Counted from the first letter of the stretch, positions 1 through 8,791 are shown. The stretch is DNA of 37,096 nt from a virus (IMGVR_UViG_3300014169_000013:1-37096); one strand, 5' to 3'. Program-made: numbers and translations. Notes: generated by a model not told the origin, from the sequence alone.

Positions 1-128
1 TACCCATCCCCATACCCATCCCCATACCCAGACCCAGACCCATACCCATACCCAGGCCCATACCCATCCCCATACCCATACCCATACCCATCCCCATACC
101 CAGACCCAGAGCCTCTACCATCGATCAT
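1..128 (-). CDS. Gly/Tyr-rich mini-protein unit 4, 5' part (continues across the contig join into 37096..37060; 54 aa in total)
   Basis: ATG at 128 reads MIDGRGSGSGYGDG...; 128+37=165 nt, in frame across the join and ending GWDEVIS*. Confidence 0.7.
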   Translation of the reverse strand, partial: MIDGRGSGSGYGDGYGYGYGDGYGPGYGYGSGSGYGDGYGDG

Positions 129-325
129 GAAATTACCTCATCCCAGCCATACCCAGACCCAGACCCATACCCATACCCATACCCAGACCCATCCCCATCC
201 CCAGACCCATACCCATACCCATACCCAGACCCATCCCCATACCCAGACCCATCCCCAGACCCATACCCAGACCCATACCCAGACCCATCCCCATCCCCAT
301 ACCCAGAGCCTCTACCATCGATCAT
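125..325 (-). CDS. Gly/Tyr-rich mini-protein unit 3 (66 aa)
   Basis: MIDGRG-(GX)n-GWDEVIS; SD GAGGT inside the previous unit's tail; ATGA stop/start overlap. Confidence 0.75.
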   Translation of the reverse strand: MIDGRGSGYGDGDGSGYGSGYGSGDGSGYGDGSGYGYGYGSGDGDGSGYGYGYGSGSGYGWDEVIS

Positions 326-512
326 GAAATTACCTCATCCCAGCCATACCCAGACCCATACCCATACCCATCCCCATACCCATACCCATCCCCATACCCA
401 GACCCAGACCCATACCAATACCCATACCAATACCCATACCCATCCCCAGCCCCAGACCCATCCCCAGACCCATACCAAGACCCATACCCAGACCCAGAGC
501 CTCTACCATCGA

Positions 513-516
<4 letters not shown>
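322..516 (-). CDS. Gly/Tyr-rich mini-protein unit 2 (64 aa)
   Basis: Same leader and tail, SD and ATGA overlap; contains YWYG variants. Confidence 0.75.
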
Positions 517-751
<235 letters not shown>

Positions 752-755
<4 letters not shown>

Positions 756-1195
756 GACTCCCATCCTAAAATCAATAGGAGCTTATTTCCCCATTCTCTA
801 GAGATACCATCTCGAATTTCATGCGCGGTCATTGGAGACTCGTCTCTTTTTGCTTTAGCCAAAGCGGCCCTACATCCAGACAAACATGCTCCGGTAAGCA
901 ACCGGAATTCATTAAGACTAAGCTTTCTTAGTTTTCCTTCTTTAAGAATGTCTCTTTTGAGAGATTCCATAGACGGGCGCCTTGATTCATCTTTCCAAAT
1001 AGCATCGGCTATGGCTTGTGCTTCGGTATCGCCATGAGCGCACCAGTGCGTTCCGGCCAGAGTGACAAAATACTTTTTATTGCCATTCTCTAGAGTATAC
1101 CTCTCGACGGTGTGTCCATCCGATGTAAGACGGACCTTGATTGGGCCTGAAATATTTTCTTCAAGCCCATCGCGATAAAATTTTCGCGATTTCAT
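752..1195 (-). CDS. Phage hypothetical protein with AHGxT...LTGxCxxG motifs (usually seen with GSGYG repeats)
   Basis: Motifs CAHGDTEAQA and FRLLTGACLSGCR; start moved to MKSRKF with GGGAG SD. Confidence 0.7.
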
Positions 1196-1199
1196 TTTT

Positions 1200-1511
1200 T
1201 CAATTCTCCCATTCTTCAAGAGACGCATAGGCTGCGCCTGTCATTTCAGCTATTTCAAGTCCCTGCGGGTTGATAATCGTTACGGATTTCAGCTTTGCCC
1301 CTATTGAATGGCCGCCATTAGGCTTAAGGCCATTGGCAGCTACGTCACTAATCGATCCTGACTTGTCCCTTGTATAAACTCGCCATAGTCGAAAAGCTGA
1401 AGATAGGGTTACTGTTTGTGAGGATGTTTCAATCGACTCAACAATTCCGGCATGAACGCCAGCGACGCCCGCTCTAACTATCACTTTTTTGCCAATCAGT
1501 TTATTTTTCAT
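1200..1511 (-). CDS. DUF6948-like small beta-barrel phage protein
   Basis: IGKKVIVRAGVAGVHAG...L..A.RLW pattern; family assignment from memory. Confidence 0.65.
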   Translation of the reverse strand: MKNKLIGKKVIVRAGVAGVHAGIVESIETSSQTVTLSSAFRLWRVYTRDKSGSISDVAANGLKPNGGHSIGAKLKSVTIINPQGLEIAEMTGAAYASLEEWEN

Positions 1512-1512
1512 T

Positions 1513-1710
1513 TTAGTTCTCCTTTATTCCATAGTCTTTTGGTTTAGTTCGTTCAAGCATCTGACAGAGCCATTCATAATTTGGCAAAGTCAAACCATCT
1601 GTTTTTTCTGTTTTAAATCGCATCCAAAGAAGTTGTTTGAGTTGTTCAATACTCCATCCGCGCGAATTTGCAATGGCAAAAATTCTTGCTCGCTGCTTTT
1701 CGGTGATCAT
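1513..1710 (-). CDS. Hypothetical small helical protein
   Basis: ITEKQRARIFAIA motif; tightly packed in the operon. Confidence 0.7.
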   Translation of the reverse strand: MITEKQRARIFAIANSRGWSIEQLKQLLWMRFKTEKTDGLTLPNYEWLCQMLERTKPKDYGIKEN

Positions 1711-2243
1711 TAGAAGGGAATTTCTTCATCTGAATTGAATACTGGCTCAGGAACAAAATCTTTATCTTTTGTTTCTTTCTTTGCTTCTTCTTTTTTGTGT
1801 TTAAGGTCAATCAATTGAACCTTCACAAGTTCCGCCGCAAGCTTTGGCGTTATCTCGCCATTTTTCGCTGGCGTTATCGTGTAAACTGTGTCGTTTTTTC
1901 CGCTACCAGACCTGGAAATGGTCACAAGATGTTTTTCAAGGTCATATTCGCCCTCATGCAATGCCCTTAAGGCCTCGTAAACAGTCCACCCTTGCTCGAA
2001 AATCTTAGCTTCATAGCCAGATTCGCCTTTTACGATAAAATTGACCCTAAAGCGAAACTTTGGTTTATCACCCGTCGCGCATTTAGGACATAAATTGTCT
2101 TCTGAGCATAGTTCAGATTGATTCCCAGCCCAATGAGTCTTGAATGTGTATAGGTCTCCGACAAGAGCACCTTTCACAGATTCTTTGTCTTTCATTCTCA
2201 AATAGTTTGCGGAATCAGTTGATCCTCTGGCTTCGAATTTCAT
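1710..2243 (-). CDS. Single-stranded DNA-binding protein (phage type)
   Basis: OB-fold-like segments (FRVNF, ISRSGSGKNDTVYTI), His/Cys zinc motif, acidic tail DEEIPF; AAGGAG SD before ATG 2243. Confidence 0.7.
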   Translation of the reverse strand: MKFEARGSTDSANYLRMKDKESVKGALVGDLYTFKTHWAGNQSELCSEDNLCPKCATGDKPKFRFRVNFIVKGESGYEAKIFEQGWTVYEALRALHEGEYDLEKHLVTISRSGSGKNDTVYTITPAKNGEITPKLAAELVKVQLIDLKHKKEEAKKETKDKDFVPEPVFNSDEEIPF

Positions 2244-2244
2244 T

Positions 2245-2442
2245 TTAATTTCTCCTTGTTTCTTCAAAATGGTTTCTTAAAAAATAGTTCTGCTGATCTG
2301 AGTCTGTGTCTGCACCCATTTTATCAAGGCAATGGATACATATTTCGTCTCGTTTCAATTGGCGCAAAATCTTACAAGAACAAAATCCCCTCATTTCAAG
2401 ATCGAGTTTTTTGTCAATTAAGCTGCCATAATTGTCAGTCAT
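2245..2442 (-). CDS. Hypothetical protein (CxC...CxxC)
   Basis: ORF packed in the early operon. Confidence 0.55.
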   Translation of the reverse strand: MTDNYGSLIDKKLDLEMRGFCSCKILRQLKRDEICIHCLDKMGADTDSDQQNYFLRNHFEETRRN

Positions 2443-2710
2443 GTTTGATCCCGATCACGCGTTCCCAAAGAGCAGTTGCAGTCGAATCAACAACTGTCCC
2501 ATCTCCCAGCATATAAACTTGAAAACGTTGGGCTAAAAAGTCCTTCACGTGAGAATAAATAATTGATTCTAGCGTCAGCTCCCCAAGTATTTTTGCTTCA
2601 TCCAATTGAAAAAAATCATGAGTCGCGTTTTGAATTGCTTGTTGAAGTGTTTGGGGCGTTCCCTTTGATTGCATCGCCCAACGGGCCCTTGCTTGTTCCT
2701 CGAGTGTCAC
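2435..2710 (-). CDS. Hypothetical protein
   Basis: GTG start overlapping the upstream TGA; AAGGAG SD. Confidence 0.7.
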   Translation of the reverse strand: MTLEEQARARWAMQSKGTPQTLQQAIQNATHDFFQLDEAKILGELTLESIIYSHVKDFLAQRFQVYMLGDGTVVDSTATALWERVIGIKHD

Positions 2711-2877
2711 TTCTTACTCCTTTGTAAAGACGACCATACTGCGCCTTTGGTCACACCATAAATCTGAGCGATCTTGTAAAGCGAATAGCCTTTTTTTACA
2801 AGATTTCTCACTTGCTTATCAGGAAGCTTTTTGGGTCTTCCGCGTTTTGGCTGATATCCGCATTTAGGGCATTTCAT
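2707..2877 (-). CDS. Small DNA-binding protein (CxxC, AT-hook-like RGRP, HTH), 56 aa; not in the ORF track
   Basis: Hand translation MKCPKCGYQPKRGRPKKLPDKQVRNLVKKGYSLYKIAQIYGVTKGAVWSSLQRSKK. Confidence 0.75.
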   Translation of the reverse strand: MKCPKCGYQPKRGRPKKLPDKQVRNLVKKGYSLYKIAQIYGVTKGAVWSSLQRSKK

Positions 2878-3007
2878 TTTTCTGCCTTTTTAATCGCAGT
2901 TCTCGTTCTGACTCAGCTCTAGCTCTGATTTTGTCTAACTTTTTCAAAAGTTTTTTAGTTCTCTTTGTCTCTTGTTCACTTTTTAAAAGTTCTTTTGCTG
3001 TCCTCAT
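2864..3007 (-). CDS. Small basic coiled-coil protein, 47 aa, probably leaderless; not in the ORF track
   Basis: MRTAKELLKSEQETKRTKKLLKKLDKIRARAESERELRLKRQKNEMP; ATG 7 nt after a -10 box. Confidence 0.55.
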   Translation of the reverse strand: MRTAKELLKSEQETKRTKKLLKKLDKIRARAESERELRLKRQKNEMP

Positions 3008-3014
3008 ATTAATC

Positions 3015-3043
3015 ATTCTAATTTATATCGTATATTAATGCAA
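3015..3043 (-). promoter_or_regulatory. Sigma70-type early promoter
   Basis: TTGCAT-N17-TAGAAT in an AT-rich intergenic region. Confidence 0.65.
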
Positions 3044-3056
3044 GGGTTATTTTATA

Positions 3057-3872
3057 CTAAATTATGTCAAATGTTGGCTCCGCTATCTCTGAATTAATTC
3101 TTGATTCAGCTATTTTAAAATATTCTTCATTTATTTCAATGCCGATGAAATCTCTTTTGTGCTTAATGGCTGCTTTACCAGTAGTCCCGCTGCCCATGAA
3201 TGGATCAAGAACCATGTCTCCTCTATTACTCCATGATAAAATATGATCTTCGGCTAAGCGGTCTGGAAATATTGCCGGATGAGAATAGGCTTCTTTATCC
3301 AGCGTACTTTTCATAAATCCCGTTTCGAATTTCCATATATTAAAGCGCACTCCATGCGTGTCATATTCTTTACCAGCGATTGCATTACTTTGTGCCCTTG
3401 TGGTGCCGTCTTTTTCTCTTTGTGTGGAGGTGTTCTTTGAGCCAGCATAAAGATTAATTCGGTCTTTAAGTAAGTTTGTAGTTTTTGGCTGTCCCTTTGA
3501 AATAATGAACATATATTCAAATATTGGATAATAGCGATTTGTTTCAGGAAACGGAATTCCAGATTTTTGATAGATCATAGTGTCATGAATATTAAAGCCT
3601 ATTTCTTTAAAATATAGTGCTTGGCGGAATGATGTCAGAGATTCTGATCCATTTATTGTCTGATCGTTAACGACCCAAACAATTACTCCGCCTGTCTTAA
3701 GTATTCTTAAAAATTGGCCGGAAAGAATCTTAAAGTCTTCGAATGTGAATTCGATTTTATTGCTTCCATATGTTCTCAAATTATCATAGGGGGGGGACGT
3801 GACAACTAAGTCGATTGACTCAGAATCAAGATTTGAGCAGACGTTCAAATTATCATTAAGAAATAATTTCAT
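3057..3872 (-). CDS. DNA N4-cytosine/N6-adenine methyltransferase (beta class)
   Basis: SPPY catalytic motif, HPAIFP, DPFMGSGTT SAM-binding motif. Confidence 0.95.
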   Translation of the reverse strand: MKLFLNDNLNVCSNLDSESIDLVVTSPPYDNLRTYGSNKIEFTFEDFKILSGQFLRILKTGGVIVWVVNDQTINGSESLTSFRQALYFKEIGFNIHDTMIYQKSGIPFPETNRYYPIFEYMFIISKGQPKTTNLLKDRINLYAGSKNTSTQREKDGTTRAQSNAIAGKEYDTHGVRFNIWKFETGFMKSTLDKEAYSHPAIFPDRLAEDHILSWSNRGDMVLDPFMGSGTTGKAAIKHKRDFIGIEINEEYFKIAESRINSEIAEPTFDII

Positions 3873-3884
3873 AACTTCCTTTAC

Positions 3885-4195
3885 GCAGCGTGATTAATCC
3901 AGAGAGCCGAGGCAAAGCAAGAATTAAGTCCCATGGAAATCAATGGTCTTGCCCTGTCTTTGAAGCAGCCTATTAATCCGTCGGCGTCAGCAAAGGTTAC
4001 TGTTTAATTGCATCTTCCAATGCAAGGTAGCAACTCACCCCGAATAGACCACTGTTTCCAGCATGACCTCTAACGCACTTATGGCTCGTGTTGTTTCAAC
4101 CATAACTTCTGGCATCCCCGTGGCCACGTTGAGGCTTGACTCCTATTCGTCCCCCCACCGCCATTCTTTAATTCAGACTACAGGTGGGCTCTTGG
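3885..4195 (-). ncRNA. Candidate structured non-coding RNA
   Basis: No ORF of 60 aa or more; GNRA-capped hairpins on the minus strand and long-range complementary segments (see findings). Confidence 0.4.
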
Positions 4196-4214
4196 CCTTG
4201 ACATAGGTAGCTAT

Positions 4215-4245
4215 CTTATGGTGTAAGAAAGTTACTTATGGTGTA
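4215..4245. repeat. Two 11-bp direct repeats CTTATGGTGTA, 20 bp apart
   Basis: Copies at 4215-4225 and 4235-4245. Confidence 0.7.
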
Positions 4246-4298
4246 TCTTTCCTATCAAGGGGAGCAGTGGCAGTCAAGAGCCTAACTCCCCTTTCTTT

Positions 4299-4574
4299 TT
4301 ATTTGCATAGACTCACATTGTCAGAGAGCTCATTACAGCCGGCTGGGACTCTCCAGGCCTGAACCTCTTGGTCTATCTGTTCTGAAGGCGTAATGCCCCG
4401 ATTAAGGTCATTAGAGGGGCAAATCATAAGGTCATTGCCAAGGCTGATGCATTCCTGATGGCTAGGTCTAAACTCGGTATAATAGTAGATCGAGTTAGTT
4501 TGTAAATTTGTCGGAGGAAGTGCCCCTATTTGCGAGGCCACCAATAAGGCTTGAAAAACGTTCAGTGCAACCAT
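4299..4574 (-). CDS. Hypothetical, possibly secreted protein
   Basis: AAGGAG SD; hydrophobic N-terminus; four Cys. Confidence 0.65.
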   Translation of the reverse strand: MVALNVFQALLVASQIGALPPTNLQTNSIYYYTEFRPSHQECISLGNDLMICPSNDLNRGITPSEQIDQEVQAWRVPAGCNELSDNVSLCK

Positions 4575-4644
4575 GATAAACTCCTTGTTAATCGTTTTGC
4601 TGTCTAACTATTCAACAGTCATGCCAAGAAGTGTCACAGAAAAT

Positions 4645-4681
4645 AAAAAAGGGCCGTCAGCTATACCCTAACCAACGGCCC
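4645..4681 (-). terminator. Intrinsic terminator
   Basis: GGGCCGTTGGTT/AGCTGACGGCCC stem (with GU pairs) followed by T6 on the minus strand. Confidence 0.75.
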
Positions 4682-4804
4682 TACAATTCGAGGAGAATTG
4701 AAAATTCTTTCGAAGTTTATACCAAAAGTTTTTTAAAAAATAAATATGAAATGATTTCAGGGGCCCAGACAGTCTATAGTGTTAGGATATTTGACAGGTA
4801 AATT

Positions 4805-5203
4805 TTACAATTTATTGGATTCTTTGGATAATATCCAGTTGAGAAATTGAACCGCCAGTTCCCCCGTGAAATGCCAATCACATCTGCGAGTGATGTGGTG
4901 TCCTTGCCATTCCCGGAATTCTTCAGCGCACTTGGAACAAACGCCAGATTGATGCCTAAAATATTCTGGATGATTGAAGAGCCCCTCAAATGATCGTCCA
5001 TAGTGGTAATCGCCTGGCATATTTGACTTGTAGATTTGCCCACATCCGGGGCATTTTAGGCCGTGTCTGATTATGAGAAGAAATAAATAGTCTTTTGGTT
5101 TTAAGAAAGAAAGAAAATATTGAGAGTTCGCGGTTGGAATATGTTTTGTATGGCGCTCGGCGCCCAAGAGGGCTAGAACCCCCTCGGGCGTGAGCTCTTT
5201 CAT
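4805..5203 (-). CDS. Hypothetical protein with CxxC pairs
   Basis: CPGC and CSKC motifs; start overlaps the upstream stop. Confidence 0.6.
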   Translation of the reverse strand: MKELTPEGVLALLGAERHTKHIPTANSQYFLSFLKPKDYLFLLIIRHGLKCPGCGQIYKSNMPGDYHYGRSFEGLFNHPEYFRHQSGVCSKCAEEFREWQGHHITRRCDWHFTGELAVQFLNWILSKESNKL

Positions 5204-5487
5204 TAGGCGTGGCCTGCTTTTTCGTCTTCTTGAAGCGGACCCGCACCACGTTCGGCTGGCGGAATTGATCCAAGGTTTAAAACGGAAAGGACCGCGTTTC
5301 CTTTTCCGCTAATATGTTTAGCGAATTCAATCTCTACCTTGACCGAATTAACGATAGGCGTGACCATTCTAGCGATCACTCCGGCCTTTTGGGGCGTTGT
5401 GGTTCCCGCCCTCAAAGAGTCAATTTCATCAAAGAGCAAGTTTCGAATTCCTAGCGTTGTTCTTGTTACATTGGGTAACTTTTTCAT
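5203..5487 (-). CDS. Hypothetical phage protein
   Basis: GAGGAG SD before MKKLPNV; LRNLLFDEID-type helix. Confidence 0.65.
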   Translation of the reverse strand: MKKLPNVTRTTLGIRNLLFDEIDSLRAGTTTPQKAGVIARMVTPIVNSVKVEIEFAKHISGKGNAVLSVLNLGSIPPAERGAGPLQEDEKAGHA

Positions 5488-5686
5488 TTTGGTTATCTCC
5501 TCGTTATAATTCCAACCAAGAGGAATTCTTAGCTGGTGGGTATTGGGTAGCAATATAGGGCGTTGTGAGATTAAAGGGAATAACGAGACTTTACAAAATA
5601 GTGTCTATTCCGTGTTCATTTTCCTCTTGCATTTAAAATTTAGGGGCCTTATTACATGCGAATTCAAAAAATGTGAGGGTAGAAAT

Positions 5687-5878
5687 ATGAAAGTTTTGAT
5701 TCTTGTTTTGAGCGTTCTTTTGCTTGAGGCTTGTGGCGGCGGACCAAATTCAACTCCTGATTCAGTCCAGTCTGTCCAATATTGTAGCGGACAAACTTGT
5801 CAGGTCACTTTCGACGATGGGCAAGAAGGACTTGAAGGTCCGGGGTATATTTGTAAAGGCAGGATTTACTGGCAATGA
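5687..5878 (+). CDS. Putative lipoprotein (63 aa)
   Basis: MKVLILVLSVLLLEA-C lipobox-like signal; GAGG SD; TTGCAT-N17-TATTAC upstream. Confidence 0.75.
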   Translation: MKVLILVLSVLLLEACGGGPNSTPDSVQSVQYCSGQTCQVTFDDGQEGLEGPGYICKGRIYWQ

Positions 5879-6069
5879 AGTACCGAGTTGATGTTTATGA
5901 TTTAGCGTCTCTTGTAATCGTCGTTTGCGCGTTCATCTTCATTGGATTCTTCTTTGCTGGATGTTGCTACCCGGACCAACCGCCGACTGTGGTTTGGGAA
6001 TTGCACATGGAATCAATCCATGGCGTTCCGACGCCCAGTCCTGTGCCATTTGTGGTAGATGTTGAATAA
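5875..6069 (+). CDS. Putative lipoprotein or membrane protein
   Basis: Hydrophobic stretch ending FAG-C; ATGA overlap with the previous gene. Confidence 0.65.
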   Translation: MKYRVDVYDLASLVIVVCAFIFIGFFFAGCCYPDQPPTVVWELHMESIHGVPTPSPVPFVVDVE

Positions 6070-6127
6070 TTCAACATTGGCTGGGTTTTTGGTTGAACCT
6101 TTGGGTTGAAACAGGGAAATTTAGCAA

Positions 6128-6331
6128 ATGAAAATGATAATTTTAACTACTCTATTTTTATCTTTTGTACTTGGAATCTGTCTTCTTTCGGTGGCAAGAT
6201 ATCAGGATGAACAAAATCAATGCTTTCTTTTCCAGCGAGAAAGTCGCTGGCTTTGTATTCGCCATGCGAATAGGTCGTGTGGTGACTCGCGCCGGGCGTC
6301 AGGCTTGAAACACTTGGCGTCCGGTTTATGA
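6128..6331 (+). CDS. Hypothetical membrane-anchored protein
   Basis: N-terminal TM segment; ATGA overlap with the next gene. Confidence 0.55.
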   Translation: MKMIILTTLFLSFVLGICLLSVARYQDEQNQCFLFQRESRWLCIRHANRSCGDSRRASGLKHLASGL

Positions 6332-6510
6332 AAAAGAAACTCGGGAAATACGAGACTAAAACTCCTTACCGAAGGGACCAGAAGAATTTCCATAATCGGA
6401 AGTGCCTGACTTGTGATAAGCCATTTCAATCCTACGGAATTCAGAATCGGATTTGTCCGCAATGCAGTCATAAAATGAGGTACGAAAGTGTACTCGAAAT
6501 ATCGGGCTAA
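6328..6510 (+). CDS. Small zinc-finger protein
   Basis: RKCLTCDKPFQSYGIQNRICPQC. Confidence 0.7.
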   Translation: MKKKLGKYETKTPYRRDQKNFHNRKCLTCDKPFQSYGIQNRICPQCSHKMRYESVLEISG

Positions 6511-6841
6511 GAAAATTCAATACAATGATTTTTCTTTTGCTTCTCAACTCGAGGCTGCGGTCTTCCAATGGCTTCAATTGAGAGTCAAAAACAAAGAGAT
6601 TTCTGATATGAGATGCCAGGAAACAGTCTATTTGACTAAGGCTAGAATTATTTCAAAGCCTGATTTTTCATTTTATGAAAATGGAACGAAACGATTTGCA
6701 GAGGCCAAAGGATTTGAAACGCCAGAATGGCGGATTAAACGAAGGCTTTGGGAACATTATGGGCCAGGCCCTCTTGAAATCTACAAAGGATCGGCCAAGT
6801 CGTTTCGACTTCACGAAACAATCATTCCTATCTGTTGTTAA
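6488..6841 (+). CDS. DUF1064-like PD-(D/E)XK endonuclease
   Basis: KYRAKK..FASQLEA..PDF..EAKG..RIKRRL pattern. Confidence 0.8.
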   Translation: MYSKYRAKKIQYNDFSFASQLEAAVFQWLQLRVKNKEISDMRCQETVYLTKARIISKPDFSFYENGTKRFAEAKGFETPEWRIKRRLWEHYGPGPLEIYKGSAKSFRLHETIIPICC

Positions 6842-6859
6842 AAACATCAGAATCTGAAT

Positions 6860-7807
6860 TCATAGCGGAATAAACCTAGGCCCAATCTCATCTATTGCAC
6901 CAAACCCATTTGTCCAATTAGTCATGCGCTGGCTTCTATAATCAAAGCCTTTTGCATTGAAGTCGCCAGCCAGGCCTACATCTAATTCCCAAAGAACTTT
7001 GCCTTGAATTTGTTTAAATACGCATCCGCCTAAATGATCGTGGCCGCGAACCGCATTCATGAGCATATAGTCACGATGGTTCCCAAGTTTAGACATGTAG
7101 CCATGAAGAAAAGCAATATCTGAAATTATGTATTCTTGTTTGGCATCGAGAATCATTTCAACGCCGTCAAAAGTCATGAGCTCTTTGAAATATGCTTCTA
7201 TCCAGTGCTCCATTTGTGGAGCACTTTCGACAGTCCTTTTCAATGGTCTAACGTCGTGATTTCCAAGAAGCCCAACACATTTGGCCTGTGGCGCAGCCTT
7301 ACGACAACTATCCCAAAATTCAGTTACTCGTTTTTTGGCAGTATCTTCTTCTTGCTTAGGAGTGAATAAATTCTGGCTCCGAGGAAATTTAGAGTGAGAA
7401 TACATATCGAATAGATCGCCAATTTGTACAATAAAACTAGGGGCAAACCTTCCGACAAAAGAGACAAAATCAGACTTAACCCGATCACTTCCAAAAGGTT
7501 CATGAAGGTCCCCCAATATGGCTATCCGTGGCCATGGTTCTCGAGGTTTAGTTTCTGCCGGCTCATAATGTTCTAGATGCTTTTCTATATCGACATTGAA
7601 GATGGATGAATCTATTTTTGGTCTTCGAATTGGCGCAAGCCCTGCGGCGTTGATTATATCAGAATGTTTTTTATTAATGGCGCAATGTCTGAATTGATAA
7701 TTTCTTATATTAACCCGACATTGATTATCGGATGGCGTTTGTCCTAATTGGTCGGCTAAAAATTTAACATCTTGCACTAATAGATGGAGTTCTTGTTCGT
7801 CCGTCAT
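6860..7807 (-). CDS. Calcineurin-like metallophosphoesterase
   Basis: Motifs GDLH, GDLFD, GNHD, HG, GHDH; GGAGG SD before ATG 7807. Confidence 0.9.
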   Translation of the reverse strand: MTDEQELHLLVQDVKFLADQLGQTPSDNQCRVNIRNYQFRHCAINKKHSDIINAAGLAPIRRPKIDSSIFNVDIEKHLEHYEPAETKPREPWPRIAILGDLHEPFGSDRVKSDFVSFVGRFAPSFIVQIGDLFDMYSHSKFPRSQNLFTPKQEEDTAKKRVTEFWDSCRKAAPQAKCVGLLGNHDVRPLKRTVESAPQMEHWIEAYFKELMTFDGVEMILDAKQEYIISDIAFLHGYMSKLGNHRDYMLMNAVRGHDHLGGCVFKQIQGKVLWELDVGLAGDFNAKGFDYRSQRMTNWTNGFGAIDEIGPRFIPL

Positions 7808-7827
7808 CAAAACCTCCATGTAAAGTA

Positions 7828-7846
7828 AAGGGGCGTTACGCCCCTT
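7828..7846. terminator. Hairpin, probable terminator or attenuator
   Basis: AAGGGGCG-TTA-CGCCCCTT, flanked by ATGTAAAGT on both sides. Confidence 0.55.
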
Positions 7847-7860
7847 ATGTAAAGTCCTTT

Positions 7861-8052
7861 TTACGTGGCAGGCGCAGAAGGCGGGGGCGGCGGAGCAGAC
7901 CCAAGCAAACTTTGTGCTTCACTCAAAACCCACTCGACAATCGTGTTAGATTTCCAAGCAGGATTAAGCGAAATCCCAAAGTCCACTAGCGCTACAACCA
8001 GCCCAGCCAATACGGCCTCGTGACTAACCAACCATGCAATTAACGCAGTCAT
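7861..8052 (-). CDS. Small membrane protein (holin-like)
   Basis: Hydrophobic helix, NP.WKSN motif, AAGGAG SD, at the end of the late operon. Confidence 0.6.
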   Translation of the reverse strand: MTALIAWLVSHEAVLAGLVVALVDFGISLNPAWKSNTIVEWVLSEAQSLLGSAPPPPPSAPAT

Positions 8053-8066
8053 GAAATCTCCTTTAG

Positions 8067-8249
8067 TTATTTTGTTTGTTCTAGAATTTTATCTATCTTG
8101 GCTTCGATCTTGTCAAACCGTTTGTCAATATGACTGGACGATTTATCAGCATCTGCCACGGTCTCAAATGTCATAAACAAAAAACCAACAGCCATTGCTA
8201 CGGTTACAATTATTGATGCGCACCATGTTAAGGCCGTCTGAAGCTTCAA
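8067..8249 (-). CDS. TM plus coiled-coil protein (holin/XhlA-like)
   Basis: N-terminal TM, then RFDKIEAKIDKI heptads. Confidence 0.55.
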   Translation of the reverse strand: MKLQTALTWCASIIVTVAMAVGFLFMTFETVADADKSSSHIDKRFDKIEAKIDKILEQTK

Positions 8250-8791
8250 AGTTCGTACCAGCTATTGGCATTTATGATAGTTGCTCCAGATGTAACTGGT
8301 TGAGCCGTTACTAACAAAGATTGTCCTGGATCAAGAATAAAAAGCAAATTTGAATCATTTATCGAACTATATCCGGCAGTTATTACGCGCGCCAAAGTTC
8401 CATTGCTAGAAACAGTGAATTGGCCATTTACATAGCAACTAGCAATGCTAGTCGTTGCGCTTGCCGGACGGCAATTGATGGGCGTAGTTTTTGTCCCTTG
8501 AGTTGCGATTGTAGGATTGAGGTAATATCTAAAAAAAGTTGTCCCGTCTCCGCTAGCAATGTCCGACGCAGTCGTTCTTAAATTTTGAAACAATGCTTTT
8601 TGATTAGGAAAGGCGACGCCTGCAGCCAATGCCGGATTAAGAATCAATGCTATAGGAGTTTCGTTTGTGCTATTTATTGTCTCTGGTCCTATTGGAAAAG
8701 AAAATGCATTTCCCAGATAGGTTTGTTTGTTGAAATAGTCCAGTATCGAATGCTCTGGAACTTGATTTTGAGTTGCAGGAGTTAATCCCAT
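8246..8791 (-). CDS. Putative virion or tail accessory protein
   Basis: Beta-rich, ends LDPGQSLLV...SWYEL; GAGG SD. Confidence 0.65.
   Translation of the reverse strand: MGLTPATQNQVPEHSILDYFNKQTYLGNAFSFPIGPETINSTNETPIALILNPALAAGVAFPNQKALFQNLRTTASDIASGDGTTFFRYYLNPTIATQGTKTTPINCRPASATTSIASCYVNGQFTVSSNGTLARVITAGYSSINDSNLLFILDPGQSLLVTAQPVTSGATIINANSWYEL

Noticed and set aside
3057-3872. Restriction-modification system
   Set aside because: No adjacent endonuclease; orphan MTases are ordinary in phages
3885-4195. Group I or II intron
   Set aside because: No interrupted gene, and I could not find convincing P7 or domain V motifs
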